Shown piece by piece: positions 1 to 10,509 of a DNA stretch of 64,000 nucleotides (positions within the stretch are counted from its first letter, which is position 1; the number at the start of each line of letters is the position of its first letter). The notes beneath the pieces are model-generated. The model was given only the letters and a program-made list of their open reading frames with translations. It had not been told where the DNA came from and did no database searches. The stretch is from the NCBI GenBank assembly GCA_964619725.1, contig CAZUFC010000001.1, forward strand, positions 32,001 to 96,000, in the 5' to 3' direction. The translations under genes and the position numbers were made by a program. Source of the stretch: an uncultured bacterium. GTDB lineage: Bacteria; CSSED10-310; CAZUFC01.

Positions 1-632
1 GGAACGGATTCTCCGTTCATGGTCGTAAAGGATTCAGCTGATTCTCCAGGATTGAGCCATATCATGCCTTCTATTCCGAGCAGACTGCTCACCAGTCCTC
101 CGATAAGGATAATAAGCAAACCGAGATGAGCGAAATAGAAGCCTGATCTGCCTGAAGCGCCTTTTTTACCTGACCACAGGCCGCTTCTGATTTTTTTCGG
201 TTTGAAGCCGAACCGTTTAAGAGCCGGAAAAACCGAATCCTCCATTTTTTCGAATTCGGCGTCGATTGTTATTTCTCTATACCTGGATTCTTTTATTTTC
301 TGCGGAAATTCATTTTTCTGTTTTTCTCTGCGCATTCGCTCCAGTTCACCCGGCAATCGATTGTAAGTGCAAACGATCAGATTGACGAATAAAAATGCCA
401 AGGCCCCTATGTACAAAGGCGAATGATAAATATCGAAAAAACCCAGCCGGGAAAAAATTCGAATAATCGCAGGCGAATATACATCGTGAATATGCCTGGC
501 TTCATCAGTCCCTTTCTGAATGATCAACGTTCCCAGGATGGAAAGAAGGGTCAGCACGATCAGCAGAAAGATCGTCAGCCTGGTGGAACCTAAAGATATC
601 ATGAATTGTTTTTTCGGTTTGTTCGATTTCAT
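1..632 (-). CDS. resB: Cytochrome c biogenesis protein, ResB/Ccs1 family (System II); 3' end runs off the window
   Basis: Not in the ORF track; translated by hand from ATG at 632 (GGCGGAGA upstream). MKSNKPKKQFMISLGSTRLTIFLLIVLTLLSILGTLIIQ...LGFFDIYHSPLY...NLIVCTYNRLP...GFYFAHLGLLIILIGG matches the ResB N-terminal TM motifs. It lies directly downstream of the multiheme genes. Confidence 0.88.
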   Translation of the reverse strand, partial: MKSNKPKKQFMISLGSTRLTIFLLIVLTLLSILGTLIIQKGTDEARHIHDVYSPAIIRIFSRLGFFDIYHSPLYIGALAFLFVNLIVCTYNRLPGELERMRREKQKNEFPQKIKESRYREITIDAEFEKMEDSVFPALKRFGFKPKKIRSGLWSGKKGASGRSGFYFAHLGLLIILIGGLVSSLLGIEGMIWLNPGESAESFTTMNGESV

Positions 633-657
633 TAAAGAGTTCTCCGCCGCCTTTCAT

Positions 658-1782
658 CTAAATAGAATGACATTTGCTGCACAGTTTCTGATAATCCCCG
701 GCCTTCAATAATCCCTTTGCATTGCTGAAATGAGGGGCATGACACGATACGCAACTCATTTCACTCTCCTTGTCCAGCGGGTCCTGAACTTTTTCTACCG
801 GATGATTGAATATGGGATGTTTGAGGTGCGCGTATATTTTTTTATCGTGACAGTTCCAACAGAGTTCATTAGGAGTCGTTTTGAGGAAAAAACGGTCGTC
901 AGCGGAATGGGGATCGTGACAGACAGTGCATCCTTGAACCTGTATCACGGCATGAATAGTTACTGACGTTTCGGTTTCCTTTTTCATATCCTCATGACAA
1001 TTAAAACACAGCGAGGGCTCATCCGCATGAAGCTGATATTTATATCCCGAACCATGCGGATCATGACATACGCCGCAATATCCCGCTCCCAGAGGACCAT
1101 GAACAAAAGCCTTCTTCTTTGTTTTCAGCGCGGTTTCATGGCATTTGCCGCACAATTCAGACTCCTTTTGAATGACTGCAAACCTGCCCTTTCCTTCTTC
1201 GCTCTTTTCCTGATGACAGGTGAAACAACGATAAGCGCCCAATGGTCCGTGAAGATATTCGGCTTGCGTTTTCCGGGCATGACATTCATTGCAAATGGAA
1301 TCCTGCCTGGATACCGGCTTTCTCGTCGATTCATTCACCGTCAGTTCATGACATTGCCTGCAGGTCCCGTCATGCCCGGCTTCATGAAATTCGTCGGTCT
1401 TTTCCCCATTTAACTCGCCGCTGCTGAAATAAGGCATTCTCTTTATCGTAATGCTTTTCTCGGCTGACCCTGAACCTACAGTGAGGGCATTACTTCCGGG
1501 GACGAGGTCGATTCTCCCATGAGAAAAATCAGAATAACGGTCGCTGCCCGCGAAAGGTTCGATCTTCTTTCCGTTTAATTTTACTTCAAGTGACGTCGAA
1601 GTGGATTCCACTATGAGAGTTATGGATGAAGCGCCCGTCACGTAGCCGTCTAAAGGAACTTTTACGTCGAATTCTTCGGACAATTCTGCGCAAAAAGCGA
1701 CTGATGCAAACAGAATGATCATGCCTGTCACTATTCTGCAACCATAATCGCCCATGCCCATATAATTTGTCCTGCGATTCAA
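658..1782 (-). CDS. Decaheme cytochrome c with N-terminal Ig-like region (cytochrome c3 / doubled-CxxCH type)
   Basis: 10 CxxCH motifs, HGP...CxxCHxPH repeats and a signal-like hydrophobic segment. The true start may be a downstream ATG. Confidence 0.9.
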   Translation of the reverse strand: MNRRTNYMGMGDYGCRIVTGMIILFASVAFCAELSEEFDVKVPLDGYVTGASSITLIVESTSTSLEVKLNGKKIEPFAGSDRYSDFSHGRIDLVPGSNALTVGSGSAEKSITIKRMPYFSSGELNGEKTDEFHEAGHDGTCRQCHELTVNESTRKPVSRQDSICNECHARKTQAEYLHGPLGAYRCFTCHQEKSEEGKGRFAVIQKESELCGKCHETALKTKKKAFVHGPLGAGYCGVCHDPHGSGYKYQLHADEPSLCFNCHEDMKKETETSVTIHAVIQVQGCTVCHDPHSADDRFFLKTTPNELCWNCHDKKIYAHLKHPIFNHPVEKVQDPLDKESEMSCVSCHAPHFSNAKGLLKAGDYQKLCSKCHSI

Positions 1783-1813
1783 ACTATCTCGACCTCAACG
1801 GTCAGTATTGCCC

Positions 1814-3496
1814 TCAGCGATAACTCACCGGATTCTTCCTGTCATAATCGAAGGGCTTGTGACAACCTACAATGCACCCGCCGCCCGTTTCCGTTTTCGT
1901 ATACTTAATTGGATAACTCCACATCTTACCGTACGGAACTTCTTCCCGTATATGCTTCCTCTGCGATCCCGCATGTATCTCATGACAGGCTTTGCAGCTT
2001 CGGCCCTTTCTCTCCTTGTTCACATGCACGTAATGAAGATTGCGGTCCCCGTTCCTGAAACCGGTCATATCATCGGTCCGCGCCTTTTTAGCTATGTCCG
2101 AACTGTGACAATCAAAACAGAGCGCATAATTTTCCTCATCATAGGAAACATAAAATTCATCAGGAAAATATTTCGTCAACAAATTCGGTTGCGTTGCCCC
2201 ATGCGTAAGGTGACACGAACCGCAATCTCCCCCTTCTACAGGACCATGCTGATATTCACTCGCCTTTACTTGAGCGCCCATTTCCTTGTGACAGATAAAA
2301 CATATTTCTTCCGATGATGCTTTTAAAAGGCTTGAGTGGGCCGAAGCATGAGCATCGTGACATTCTCCGCACCGGCCTTCCTGAACCGGTTCATGCCCCA
2401 CCGTCACCTGCTCCAGTTTCGCTGCAAAATCAGGCGTCATATCCTTGTGACACTCCATGCAGAATTTATCCTCCGCCGCAAAAAGCATGTTGGGGTGATT
2501 CGATGAATGAGCGTTATGACATTCCGTGCAGCCCTGAAACACAATCATATGCAGTGATTTGTCCTCGAATTCCTCCTTCTTGTCGGAGTGACAGGAATAA
2601 CAAGCTTCATTACCGTCCGCGCTCAACAGGGCTGCATGATCGGTCGAATGAGGATCATGACACATGGAACATTCCAGCATCTGAACAGGCGTATGAACCA
2701 CTTCGCCTCCCGTTATCGCTTCCTTTCCATGACACTCAAAACATAATTCGCTCTCGCTGTCATGCAGCAATTGATACCTGACCTCGGATTCATGCGGCGA
2801 ATGACAACCCGTGCATTCGCCCGCATCCAGCGGATAATGAATGTTGCTCTTCTTCCAGAAAGACTCAGCATCCACATGACATACAAGACATAATGATTTG
2901 TCCTCACGAGACAACTCATTCTCATCAAATGAACCATGAGGATTATGACAGTGTATGCACACTCCGGCCCCTACCGGCCCATGCACATACTGTTTTCGGC
3001 CCATATCAGAATGACAGTTCCCCGTCCCGCACGTCGAAACCGGCTTGATCATTCGATAACTCTCTTTCCCGGTCCCTGTTTCATGACATTCGGAACAACG
3101 TTCCATAACAGAAATGCCATCATGACGGTAGAATCTCCGGTAACCTGCCTTCGACGTCTCTCCACGGCGTAAAACATATGCCTCAACCTCCACCGATTCC
3201 AATTCCGAATCCAAGGCTTTCACCTCTATCACGCATTCACCACGCTTCAACTCCACCAGCTTCGAAAACGTCCCGTTCTCTACCCTGACCGTCCGGTCAC
3301 CCGGAGCCTTCCCGTTCGAAACAGAAAATTTTACCTCTTTCACCCCGGAAGGAACCGTCCCGACAACCTCAAAGACGCCCTCTTCCAACGCACTCTTTTC
3401 AGGAGGATAAATTATCCGGAATTCCTCCTCAGCCTCCGCCGAAAAAAACGGCATAATTAAAAAACACAGCATTACGATTAAAATTATCCTCAACAT
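1814..3496 (-). CDS. Multiheme cytochrome c, 14 CxxCH plus 2 atypical motifs
   Basis: Sec signal ending AEA; 14 CxxCH plus CGTGNCH and CIVGCH; AGGAG RBS upstream. Confidence 0.92.
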   Translation of the reverse strand: MLRIILIVMLCFLIMPFFSAEAEEEFRIIYPPEKSALEEGVFEVVGTVPSGVKEVKFSVSNGKAPGDRTVRVENGTFSKLVELKRGECVIEVKALDSELESVEVEAYVLRRGETSKAGYRRFYRHDGISVMERCSECHETGTGKESYRMIKPVSTCGTGNCHSDMGRKQYVHGPVGAGVCIHCHNPHGSFDENELSREDKSLCLVCHVDAESFWKKSNIHYPLDAGECTGCHSPHESEVRYQLLHDSESELCFECHGKEAITGGEVVHTPVQMLECSMCHDPHSTDHAALLSADGNEACYSCHSDKKEEFEDKSLHMIVFQGCTECHNAHSSNHPNMLFAAEDKFCMECHKDMTPDFAAKLEQVTVGHEPVQEGRCGECHDAHASAHSSLLKASSEEICFICHKEMGAQVKASEYQHGPVEGGDCGSCHLTHGATQPNLLTKYFPDEFYVSYDEENYALCFDCHSSDIAKKARTDDMTGFRNGDRNLHYVHVNKERKGRSCKACHEIHAGSQRKHIREEVPYGKMWSYPIKYTKTETGGGCIVGCHKPFDYDRKNPVSYR

Positions 3497-3559
3497 TTGC
3501 TCACTCCTATTTCCCGCTTCCTTTTATCAGACCCCGGCGGTTTTGACAACCGGTTTTAT

Positions 3560-4894
3560 GGAATTCAACCACGAATCATAATAATACCGGAATTCAACCG
3601 AGAATCACCCGAATCGCACGAATAAGAAGGGCAGATTTAACCCGTATCGCTTGTCGTCTGGGTTCGGGTCACATCGGATACTGCGAAAAATGTTCATTGA
3701 TGACTATATTCTTCTGATTCGATTGGTTCGGGAGATTCGCGGTTCCCAAAAAATACAACCACTGCAAATAAAACTACCCTATGCAAGGCTTTTACGGCGT
3801 TTCATCTGTACATTTGACGGAATTCAACCACGAATCTCACGAATCGCACGAATAAGAGGGAAAGACTTAACCCTTATCGCATGTCGTTGGAGTCCGGGTC
3901 ACATCGGATACTGCGAGAAATGTTCATTGATGACTATATTCTTCTGATTCGATTGATTCTGGAGATTCGCGGTTCCCAAAAAATACAACCACTGCAAATA
4001 AAACTACCCTATGCAAGGCTTTTACGGCGTTTCATCTGTACATTTGACGGAATTCAACCACGAATCTCACGAATCGCACGAATAAGAGGGAAAGACTTAA
4101 CCCGTCTCGCATGTCGTTGGAGTCCGGGTCACATCGGATACTGCTGAAAACGTTCACTAATGATTCTACTCTCCTGATTCGATGGATTCGCGAGATTCGT
4201 GGTTCCCAAAAAATACAACCACTGAAAATAAAACAACCCTATGCACAGATTTGATGACGGCGTTTCTTCTGCATATTTGACGGAATTCAACCACGAATCT
4301 CACGAATCGCACGAATAAGAGGGAAAGACTTAACCCGTCTCGCATGTCGTTGGAGTCCGGGTCACATCGGATACTGCGGAAAACGTTCATTAATGATTCT
4401 ACTCTCCTGATTCGATGGATTCGGGAGATTCGCGGTTCCCAAAAAATACAACCACTGAAAATAAAACAACCCTATGCACAGCCTTGATGACGGCGTTTCA
4501 TCTGTACATTTGACGGAATTCAACCACGAATCATCCGAATCGCGCGAATAAGAGGGGCAGGCTTAACCCGTATCGCATGTCGTCCGGGTCCGGGGCGCTT
4601 AGGATACTGAGAAAAACGTTCACTAATGATTCTACTCTCCTGATTCGATTGGTTCGGGAAATTCGCGGTTCCCAAAAAATACAACCATTGCAAATAAAAC
4701 AACCCTATGCACAGCTTTGATGACGGCGTTTCTTCTGCATGTTTGACGGAATTCAACCACGAATCACACGAATCGCACGAATAAGAGGGGCAGGTTTAAC
4801 CTGTATCGCATGTCGTTGGAGTCCGTGGCGCTTCGGATACTGAGAAAAACGTTCATTGATGATTCTACTTTCGTGATTCGATTGATTTCGTGGT
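3560..4894. repeat. Tandem array of 230-233 bp units, each containing a long inverted repeat
   Basis: GGAATTCAACC unit starts at 3589, 3819, 4049, 4282, 4515 and 4748 (last one partial), plus a stub at 3560. Each unit pairs AACCACGAATC.CACGAATC with GATTCG.GAGATTCG(T/C)GGTT about 150 bp later. Confidence 0.95.
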
Positions 4895-5194
4895 CTCATA
4901 TTAGACCTGGGTCGGCACTTTGAGCTCCTCTCCAGGATCAATCATTAAGCTGCCAGATGCATCAAAAATGTGTATCGATACATCGTTCCATTATGAGACA
5001 GTTTTATCTTTAAGCCTGCGTGTTAACCGGGGGCTATAAAAAAGGAGTATTCAGGGGAATGAATTATAGGCCGCACTGAGCGATGCTGCAGTTTTCTGCG
5101 GCATTAAGGAAAAGCGTATGGGTCTTATCATGAACTTTCAGCGTTTATCTTGCATGCCGCCGTGTCGGCAGAAGGAATCAGCGGTTAGCATTCG

Positions 5195-5857
5195 CTATTT
5201 ATCGTGGCAGGTCATGCAGAAGGCGCTGGCTTCATTGGATACTCTGAGAGAAAGAGTTTCCGTATTGGGCCCGAAATGGCATCCGGTGCATCCGGCGTCG
5301 TTTCTGGAGACATGGACGTCGTGGCAAGAGCTGCATTCGAGTCTGTCGTTGAACAGGAGGTCATCTGAGATGGTTCCGCCGAGACCCGAAGAGGCTGTTG
5401 CGGGATCGAAGAGTTCTCCGTCCTGGAGCGACAGACCGGTGTCATAGGTAATGGAGATGGGGTGATGTTTTTCGAAGTCGGTTCCCAGGAATCCGAAGTC
5501 GTTGCTGTTCAGAAAGTGTGTTCCGGTATTTCCTCCGAAGCTGTCGAGGGCGACGGAGCCGTCGTGGCATGAGAGGCAGAGTTTGGAGTGGCTTCCGGGT
5601 TGATTAGGTGTTGCATCGAGTGTCGGGCTGGTGTAGGGTTGGAAGACAGAAGAGGTAACTTCATGGTTCCACAGAGGAGCGTCGGCAACAGAGGTATCGG
5701 CATTATGAGGGATATGGCAGGGTTTACAGATTTCATCGTCGCCCCACCCTGCCCAACTGAAATCGTGATGAGAATCTTCAATGCCGCCGGAAGCGACCGA
5801 ACAGATAATGAAAAGGGTGATATGAATGCAAAGAAAGTGTCTCACAAAAGGTCTCAT
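5195..5857 (-). CDS. OmcE-like small multiheme cytochrome c with a fifth CxxCH
   Basis: Signal peptide; HDFS...CKPCHIPHNA..PLWN..SKLCLSCHDG..HHPIS..LECSSCHDVH..CTGCH..FCMTCHDK. Close paralogue of 14444..15073. Confidence 0.85.
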   Translation of the reverse strand: MRPFVRHFLCIHITLFIICSVASGGIEDSHHDFSWAGWGDDEICKPCHIPHNADTSVADAPLWNHEVTSSVFQPYTSPTLDATPNQPGSHSKLCLSCHDGSVALDSFGGNTGTHFLNSNDFGFLGTDFEKHHPISITYDTGLSLQDGELFDPATASSGLGGTISDDLLFNDRLECSSCHDVHVSRNDAGCTGCHFGPNTETLSLRVSNEASAFCMTCHDK

Positions 5858-5933
5858 TTATTCCTCCTTGGTACGACCTGCGGAAACTGCAAAAATAATC
5901 GGTTTCGATTGAATCACGGACTGTTGCGACTAA

Positions 5934-5949
5934 TGGTAAGAAAATTGCA
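5934..5949 (+). promoter_or_regulatory. Putative sigma54 (-24/-12) promoter of the NHL-barrel-cytochrome operon
   Basis: TGGTAAGAAAATTGCA, with GG(5935-36)-N10-GC(5947-48), 40 bp upstream of ATG 5989. Confidence 0.6.
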
Positions 5950-5988
5950 CCGTGTTCCTTTTTCCTTAAGAAAGGAGTCAATCTTAAC

Positions 5989-7059
5989 ATGTTAAGCAAA
6001 TTTCGTTCCATTTTACTGCCCCTGATATTCATTTTGATGTCGGGTTGCGCCAAAAGGCCGCCGGCGGCGCCTACGGTATTTTATCCTTCGTTGCCTGCCG
6101 AACCGCGGCTGCAGTTTTTGAAGAGTTACAGCAAGGCGGAGGACGTGCTGAAGGCGCCCGGGGCAGTGAGTTCGTTCATATTGGGTGATAAGGAGGAGAA
6201 AATAGAATTCGTAAAGCCTTATGGAGTAGCCGCCCGTAACGGACGCATATATGTATGCGACACAAAGCGGATGTGCGTGCATGTATTGAATCCTGGAGCG
6301 CATCAATACGAGGTAATGGGCAGGAATATTCTGAAGAAGCCGATAAATATAGCTTTCGATGAATCGGGGAGGTCTTATGTAGCGGACACGTCCCTGAAGC
6401 AGATATTGGTATTCGATGCGGAAGGACGGTATCTCAAGTCGCTGGGGGACCCTCTCATGATTCGCCCGACTGATGTAGCGGTAAGCGGTGACGAATTGTA
6501 TGTATGCGACATAAGGAATCACGTGATAAGGGTCTGGAACCGTGAGACGGGCGAGGAACTAAGGACTGTCGGCGAAGCTGGAAGCCAGGAAGGCGAATTA
6601 TTTCATCCCACCAACATTGTTGTGGATAAAGAGGGATATTTGTACGTTTCCGACACGGGCAACTTTCGCGTACAGAAGTTTGATGATCAGGGCAACCACT
6701 TTTTCACATACGGGGGCATAGGTTTTTCACTGGGTAAATTCGCCCGTCCGAAAGGGATAGCTCTGGACGACCAGGGACGTTTGTACGTGGTTGATTCGGG
6801 ATTTGAAAATATACAGATTTTCGACCAGGAGGGGAGGTTGCTGCTGTTTTTCGGGGAACCGGGGAATCAGCCCGGACAGATCAATCTTCCTGCCAAAGTG
6901 ACTGTATCACGCGAACTCACGGATTATTATCAACAATTTGCAGAAGCGGGGTTTGAACTGGAGTATCTGGTATTCGTAACCAGTCAGTACGGACTGAACA
7001 AAGTAAACATTTACGGCTTCGGACGATATGTTCCCGCTAGCGAACAGGAAATGGAATAA
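5989..7059 (+). CDS. NHL-repeat six-bladed beta-propeller lipoprotein
   Basis: Lipobox LMSGC; repeated PxxIAxD..GxLYVxD..NxRxQxFD units. Confidence 0.9.
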   Translation: MLSKFRSILLPLIFILMSGCAKRPPAAPTVFYPSLPAEPRLQFLKSYSKAEDVLKAPGAVSSFILGDKEEKIEFVKPYGVAARNGRIYVCDTKRMCVHVLNPGAHQYEVMGRNILKKPINIAFDESGRSYVADTSLKQILVFDAEGRYLKSLGDPLMIRPTDVAVSGDELYVCDIRNHVIRVWNRETGEELRTVGEAGSQEGELFHPTNIVVDKEGYLYVSDTGNFRVQKFDDQGNHFFTYGGIGFSLGKFARPKGIALDDQGRLYVVDSGFENIQIFDQEGRLLLFFGEPGNQPGQINLPAKVTVSRELTDYYQQFAEAGFELEYLVFVTSQYGLNKVNIYGFGRYVPASEQEME

Positions 7060-7079
7060 AGTTTTCGAGCACCCGAAAG

Positions 7080-9062
7080 ATGACCTGGAAGCATAGCGGC
7101 GCACTGAATATATTATTGAGATACTCATTGATCGTTTTACTTCTATGGGTTTCGTCCGATCCCGCTGCGGGACAGGAAACTCAATGGTTGTCCATCCGCA
7201 GCATAAGCGGTTGGGCGGGATTCGAGTTCATGCAGGAGTATGAAAAAAACGAAACTGAGCCGGGCGTTTATTATGAGGAGAGGACAGGCTCTTATCTGTA
7301 TGAGACTCTCAACCTGCGCCTACTTGGTTCAGTATACCATCCCCGTTTTTTGTCCTGGTCTTTGAACGGAGCGGCCGGTTTGACGCAGAGCTATTTTGAC
7401 TTTTACCGGGATTATGCGGAGGATGAGGAAACGGAGGAGACGGAATCCAACAATTTTATAGGTGATTATGAGTTTGAGGGGACGTTTTTTAAGGACCATG
7501 CATTCAGTTTCGGTTTTTTTTCTATTTATCATGATGCGGTGATCAACAGGCGGTTACGCGAAAGATTCGAAATAGAGGACCGGGCGCGAGGAATAATTTA
7601 CAGGCTGCTTTTACCGGTTTTTCGTTCAAGAGGCAAATACACGGTACGGAACAGCACGGGAAGGCGGTTCTCGGAGAACGTCGACGAGAGAAATGAGTTT
7701 TTTTCCGTTTACGGTGAAGGCGATATCGGAGCGAGGTGGGACTTACAGGGGAATTACGATCTTAACAAATACAGCGAGCGTAAATCGGAGCTGGAGCGCA
7801 CGACTCAATTCGCTCATTTTACGGTAAATACTCAATTGTCCGAAGACGCGTCGGACAGTTCAATTTTTTTCCTGCATTTTCACAAGCAGGAGGGATTCGT
7901 AAAGGCACGAACCATTACTGCAGACGAGAGGCTGTCGTATAAGATAAACGATATGTTTTCCATAAGACCAGCTATGAGCCTAACGGATGAGGAATACGAA
8001 AATTTTGAAGGCTTCCGTCAGTCTTATCAGGTGGAATGCGCTTTTCAACCCGTCCCTGAAGGGGGTTTCAGGGTAATTCCGGAGTATATAAGAGAAGATT
8101 TCACTTCTGCTGAAAGGGAAGAACGGGCCATTGAATTAGGCGGCTGGTATCGAAAAAGAGTGGGGAGGCATATCATTTCGGCATCGGAGAATTATCAGTT
8201 CCGCAGGACTTCGATCCGATCGGAAACCGGATATGCTGCAGTCATAAATGAAAGGCATGCATTTGATGAAGATGATCGGGTCGAGTTGCAGAAAAGTAAT
8301 ATACTGGCGGAAACCATAGTCGTTAAAAACGCTGCAGGCACATTTTTTTACGAAGAGGGGCGCGATTACGTCGTCAGGGTATTTGGAGGCGTAACAGCGC
8401 TGATCCGTTCAGCCGGCGGACTTATACCCCGTTTCGGTGAAATACTGACGGATTACCGTTATGAAGTACCGGGAATAATGGATTATGAAATGCATTATAA
8501 CGGAACCAGGGCTGAGCTGTCGCTGTTCGAGACCGCTTCAATGTATTACATGTTTTCAACGGCCCGTCCCGACATCATAAAAACGACGAACCAGGCGTTC
8601 CTGGAAAGATTCACCAGGCACACATTGGGTATTGAATTCATGCATTCGTCGGCATCCTTGAGGGCCGAATACCACGATAAAGATTCAAATATTCATCCTT
8701 TACACGGCTATATCTTTTCCGTCAAAGCTTCCTCGCCGGAATTCAGGGGAATAACGGCATCGGGCGAAGCGGGATACCAAAGTTTTCAATATCCCGCGGA
8801 CGACGACTTCAATGATTTAAAATACGCGCATCTGCGATCATCATGGGGCATATCCGACAGAATGCGCCTTTCCGGCGTCATCTATGGACGGGAAGACAAC
8901 AGCCGTTTCGCCGAAACGAAAGCCTGGGATATGGAAATTATCGCAGAATGGCGACTGCGTTCCTTGACATTGGAAGGTATTATTCTTTATCGTATAATAA
9001 GGGAGAACGAAGTTCGAAGTATCGAACGCATTTCCCAGGTGAGTATCCGGCGAAGTTTTTAG
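7080..9062 (+). CDS. Putative outer-membrane beta-barrel (porin) protein
   Basis: Signal peptide, alternating aromatic/polar strands throughout, C-terminal Phe (QVSIRRSF), located among cytochrome genes. Confidence 0.7.
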   Translation: MTWKHSGALNILLRYSLIVLLLWVSSDPAAGQETQWLSIRSISGWAGFEFMQEYEKNETEPGVYYEERTGSYLYETLNLRLLGSVYHPRFLSWSLNGAAGLTQSYFDFYRDYAEDEETEETESNNFIGDYEFEGTFFKDHAFSFGFFSIYHDAVINRRLRERFEIEDRARGIIYRLLLPVFRSRGKYTVRNSTGRRFSENVDERNEFFSVYGEGDIGARWDLQGNYDLNKYSERKSELERTTQFAHFTVNTQLSEDASDSSIFFLHFHKQEGFVKARTITADERLSYKINDMFSIRPAMSLTDEEYENFEGFRQSYQVECAFQPVPEGGFRVIPEYIREDFTSAEREERAIELGGWYRKRVGRHIISASENYQFRRTSIRSETGYAAVINERHAFDEDDRVELQKSNILAETIVVKNAAGTFFYEEGRDYVVRVFGGVTALIRSAGGLIPRFGEILTDYRYEVPGIMDYEMHYNGTRAELSLFETASMYYMFSTARPDIIKTTNQAFLERFTRHTLGIEFMHSSASLRAEYHDKDSNIHPLHGYIFSVKASSPEFRGITASGEAGYQSFQYPADDDFNDLKYAHLRSSWGISDRMRLSGVIYGREDNSRFAETKAWDMEIIAEWRLRSLTLEGIILYRIIRENEVRSIERISQVSIRRSF

Positions 9063-9082
9063 CCGGAGGGGGAAACCCGGGT

Positions 9083-9673
9083 TTGGCTAAAAAGACGAAT
9101 ATCATTGAAAAGAGTTTCTTTCCGGTTTATGAAACGAAACTCGCCCTGATATTTATCTTCAGCCTTCTTCTGTTTGCTCTCATCATCTATTTCCTTCTCG
9201 ACGAACCCCTGAAAACCGTTTACTTTGAAAGCCTCAGCGCCATTCACTATGCGGGAGAAATCGTCAACGTCTGCATCGGAGCGACCCTGCTGGCACAATG
9301 CCTTATCCTCGGTATAATTTTATTTTTCATAGGATTGTATGCGTCACACCGTCTGGCCGGGCCAATGTACCGCATGCTGCTGGTCAGCAGGGAACTGAAA
9401 AACGGCAAGTTGCCCGCCAGAGTCAAATTTCGTAAAACAGACAGAATACATCAGGTAGCCGAAGCAGCTAATGAGATGACGGCGCGTGTCAGGCGACAGG
9501 CACATCAGGCGAAAGCTGCCGCGGATCATATAAAAAAAGCAGAAGAAGGGCTGGATAAAGCAGCCGGTATTTCAGACAAAGAGCTGCAAGAGAGTGAAAC
9601 GCACATTGCCGCTGCAATTGCGTGTTTGAATTCGGCGCTTACCGTAGAAGCGCCGCCGGGACATGATACATGA
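9083..9673 (+). CDS. Small 2-TM membrane protein with HAMP-like domain
   Basis: Start reassigned to TTG 9083 after GGAGG, because the track start 8843 overlaps the barrel gene. Two TM helices, then SHRLAGPMYR..GKLP.RVKFRKTD. Confidence 0.7.
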   Translation: MAKKTNIIEKSFFPVYETKLALIFIFSLLLFALIIYFLLDEPLKTVYFESLSAIHYAGEIVNVCIGATLLAQCLILGIILFFIGLYASHRLAGPMYRMLLVSRELKNGKLPARVKFRKTDRIHQVAEAANEMTARVRRQAHQAKAAADHIKKAEEGLDKAAGISDKELQESETHIAAAIACLNSALTVEAPPGHDT

Positions 9674-10500
9674 CCGACCAGGGGTCTTTTCGGCGTTATT
9701 TCGCTGTAACATTATTCGGTATCATAACAATGCGGATGTTTTTCGTTTTCGTCAATGCAGATTCAGAGGTCCATAATTTTACGGGCCGATGCGGAACGTG
9801 TCACTTGAATCTGGATGAATCCGTTGAAGATATCCCGGACCGCCTTCTTTTTACAAAGGATGTAAACGTCCTGTGTCGGGAATGTCATGCGGAGCACGAC
9901 CAGAATTCGCATCCGACGGGAACAACGCCGACGATGCTCGTCCCGGCCGATATGCCGCTGAACAGCTCCGGTGAAATAAGCTGCATTACATGTCATTTTC
10001 CCCATGAATCCTATCAGAATCCGGCATCACAAAAGAACCTCATGCTGCTGCGTCGTCGCCGGCCGGGAAAAACGTTCTGTATGAACTGTCATCCCGGAGG
10101 ATTCGAAAGTATGCGTCTCAGTCATGAATCCGTCCTGACTCTCGCACATTCCCGAAAACGCAAATACCGGTCTACAGGAACTGAGATCATAGACAAAGCG
10201 TCCCAGGAATGTATTTCCTGCCATGACGATTCATTTGCTTTCGGGGCGGACATGAGCATTAGTACAGGGGAATGGCTTCACGATTCCGGCGTGAGGCATC
10301 CCATCGGAAAGGCTTATCCGGATACTTTTCCGGATAACAGGTATTACCGGCCTATCGAAACTCTGGACCCCGCAATAAGGTTGACGGAGAACGGCAAAAT
10401 AGGCTGTGCGACATGCCACGACAAATTTTCACCGCACGATAAATACCTGGTTATGTCCAACAATCGAAGCAGGTTGTGCCTTTCCTGTCACGACAAGTAA
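9670..10500 (+). CDS. Heptaheme cytochrome c
   Basis: 7 CxxCH; the C-terminal part (CISCHD..HPIG..CATCHD..LVMSN..SRLCLSCHDK) resembles the OmcE-like C-terminus. Confidence 0.9.
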   Translation: MTDQGSFRRYFAVTLFGIITMRMFFVFVNADSEVHNFTGRCGTCHLNLDESVEDIPDRLLFTKDVNVLCRECHAEHDQNSHPTGTTPTMLVPADMPLNSSGEISCITCHFPHESYQNPASQKNLMLLRRRRPGKTFCMNCHPGGFESMRLSHESVLTLAHSRKRKYRSTGTEIIDKASQECISCHDDSFAFGADMSISTGEWLHDSGVRHPIGKAYPDTFPDNRYYRPIETLDPAIRLTENGKIGCATCHDKFSPHDKYLVMSNNRSRLCLSCHDK

Positions 10501-10509
10501 GGAGCGTCC

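Noticed and set aside
3560-4894. CRISPR array
   Set aside because: The period is ~233 bp, the whole unit is repeated, there are no unique spacers, and there are no cas genes.
3651-4941. Short ORFs within the tandem array
   Set aside because: Frames and stops differ between units; IRAIR/FVRFV-type peptides are by-products of the repeat.
8843-9082. N-terminal extension of the HAMP-like ORF
   Set aside because: It overlaps the barrel gene by 220 nt; an RBS and TTG at 9083 fit better.
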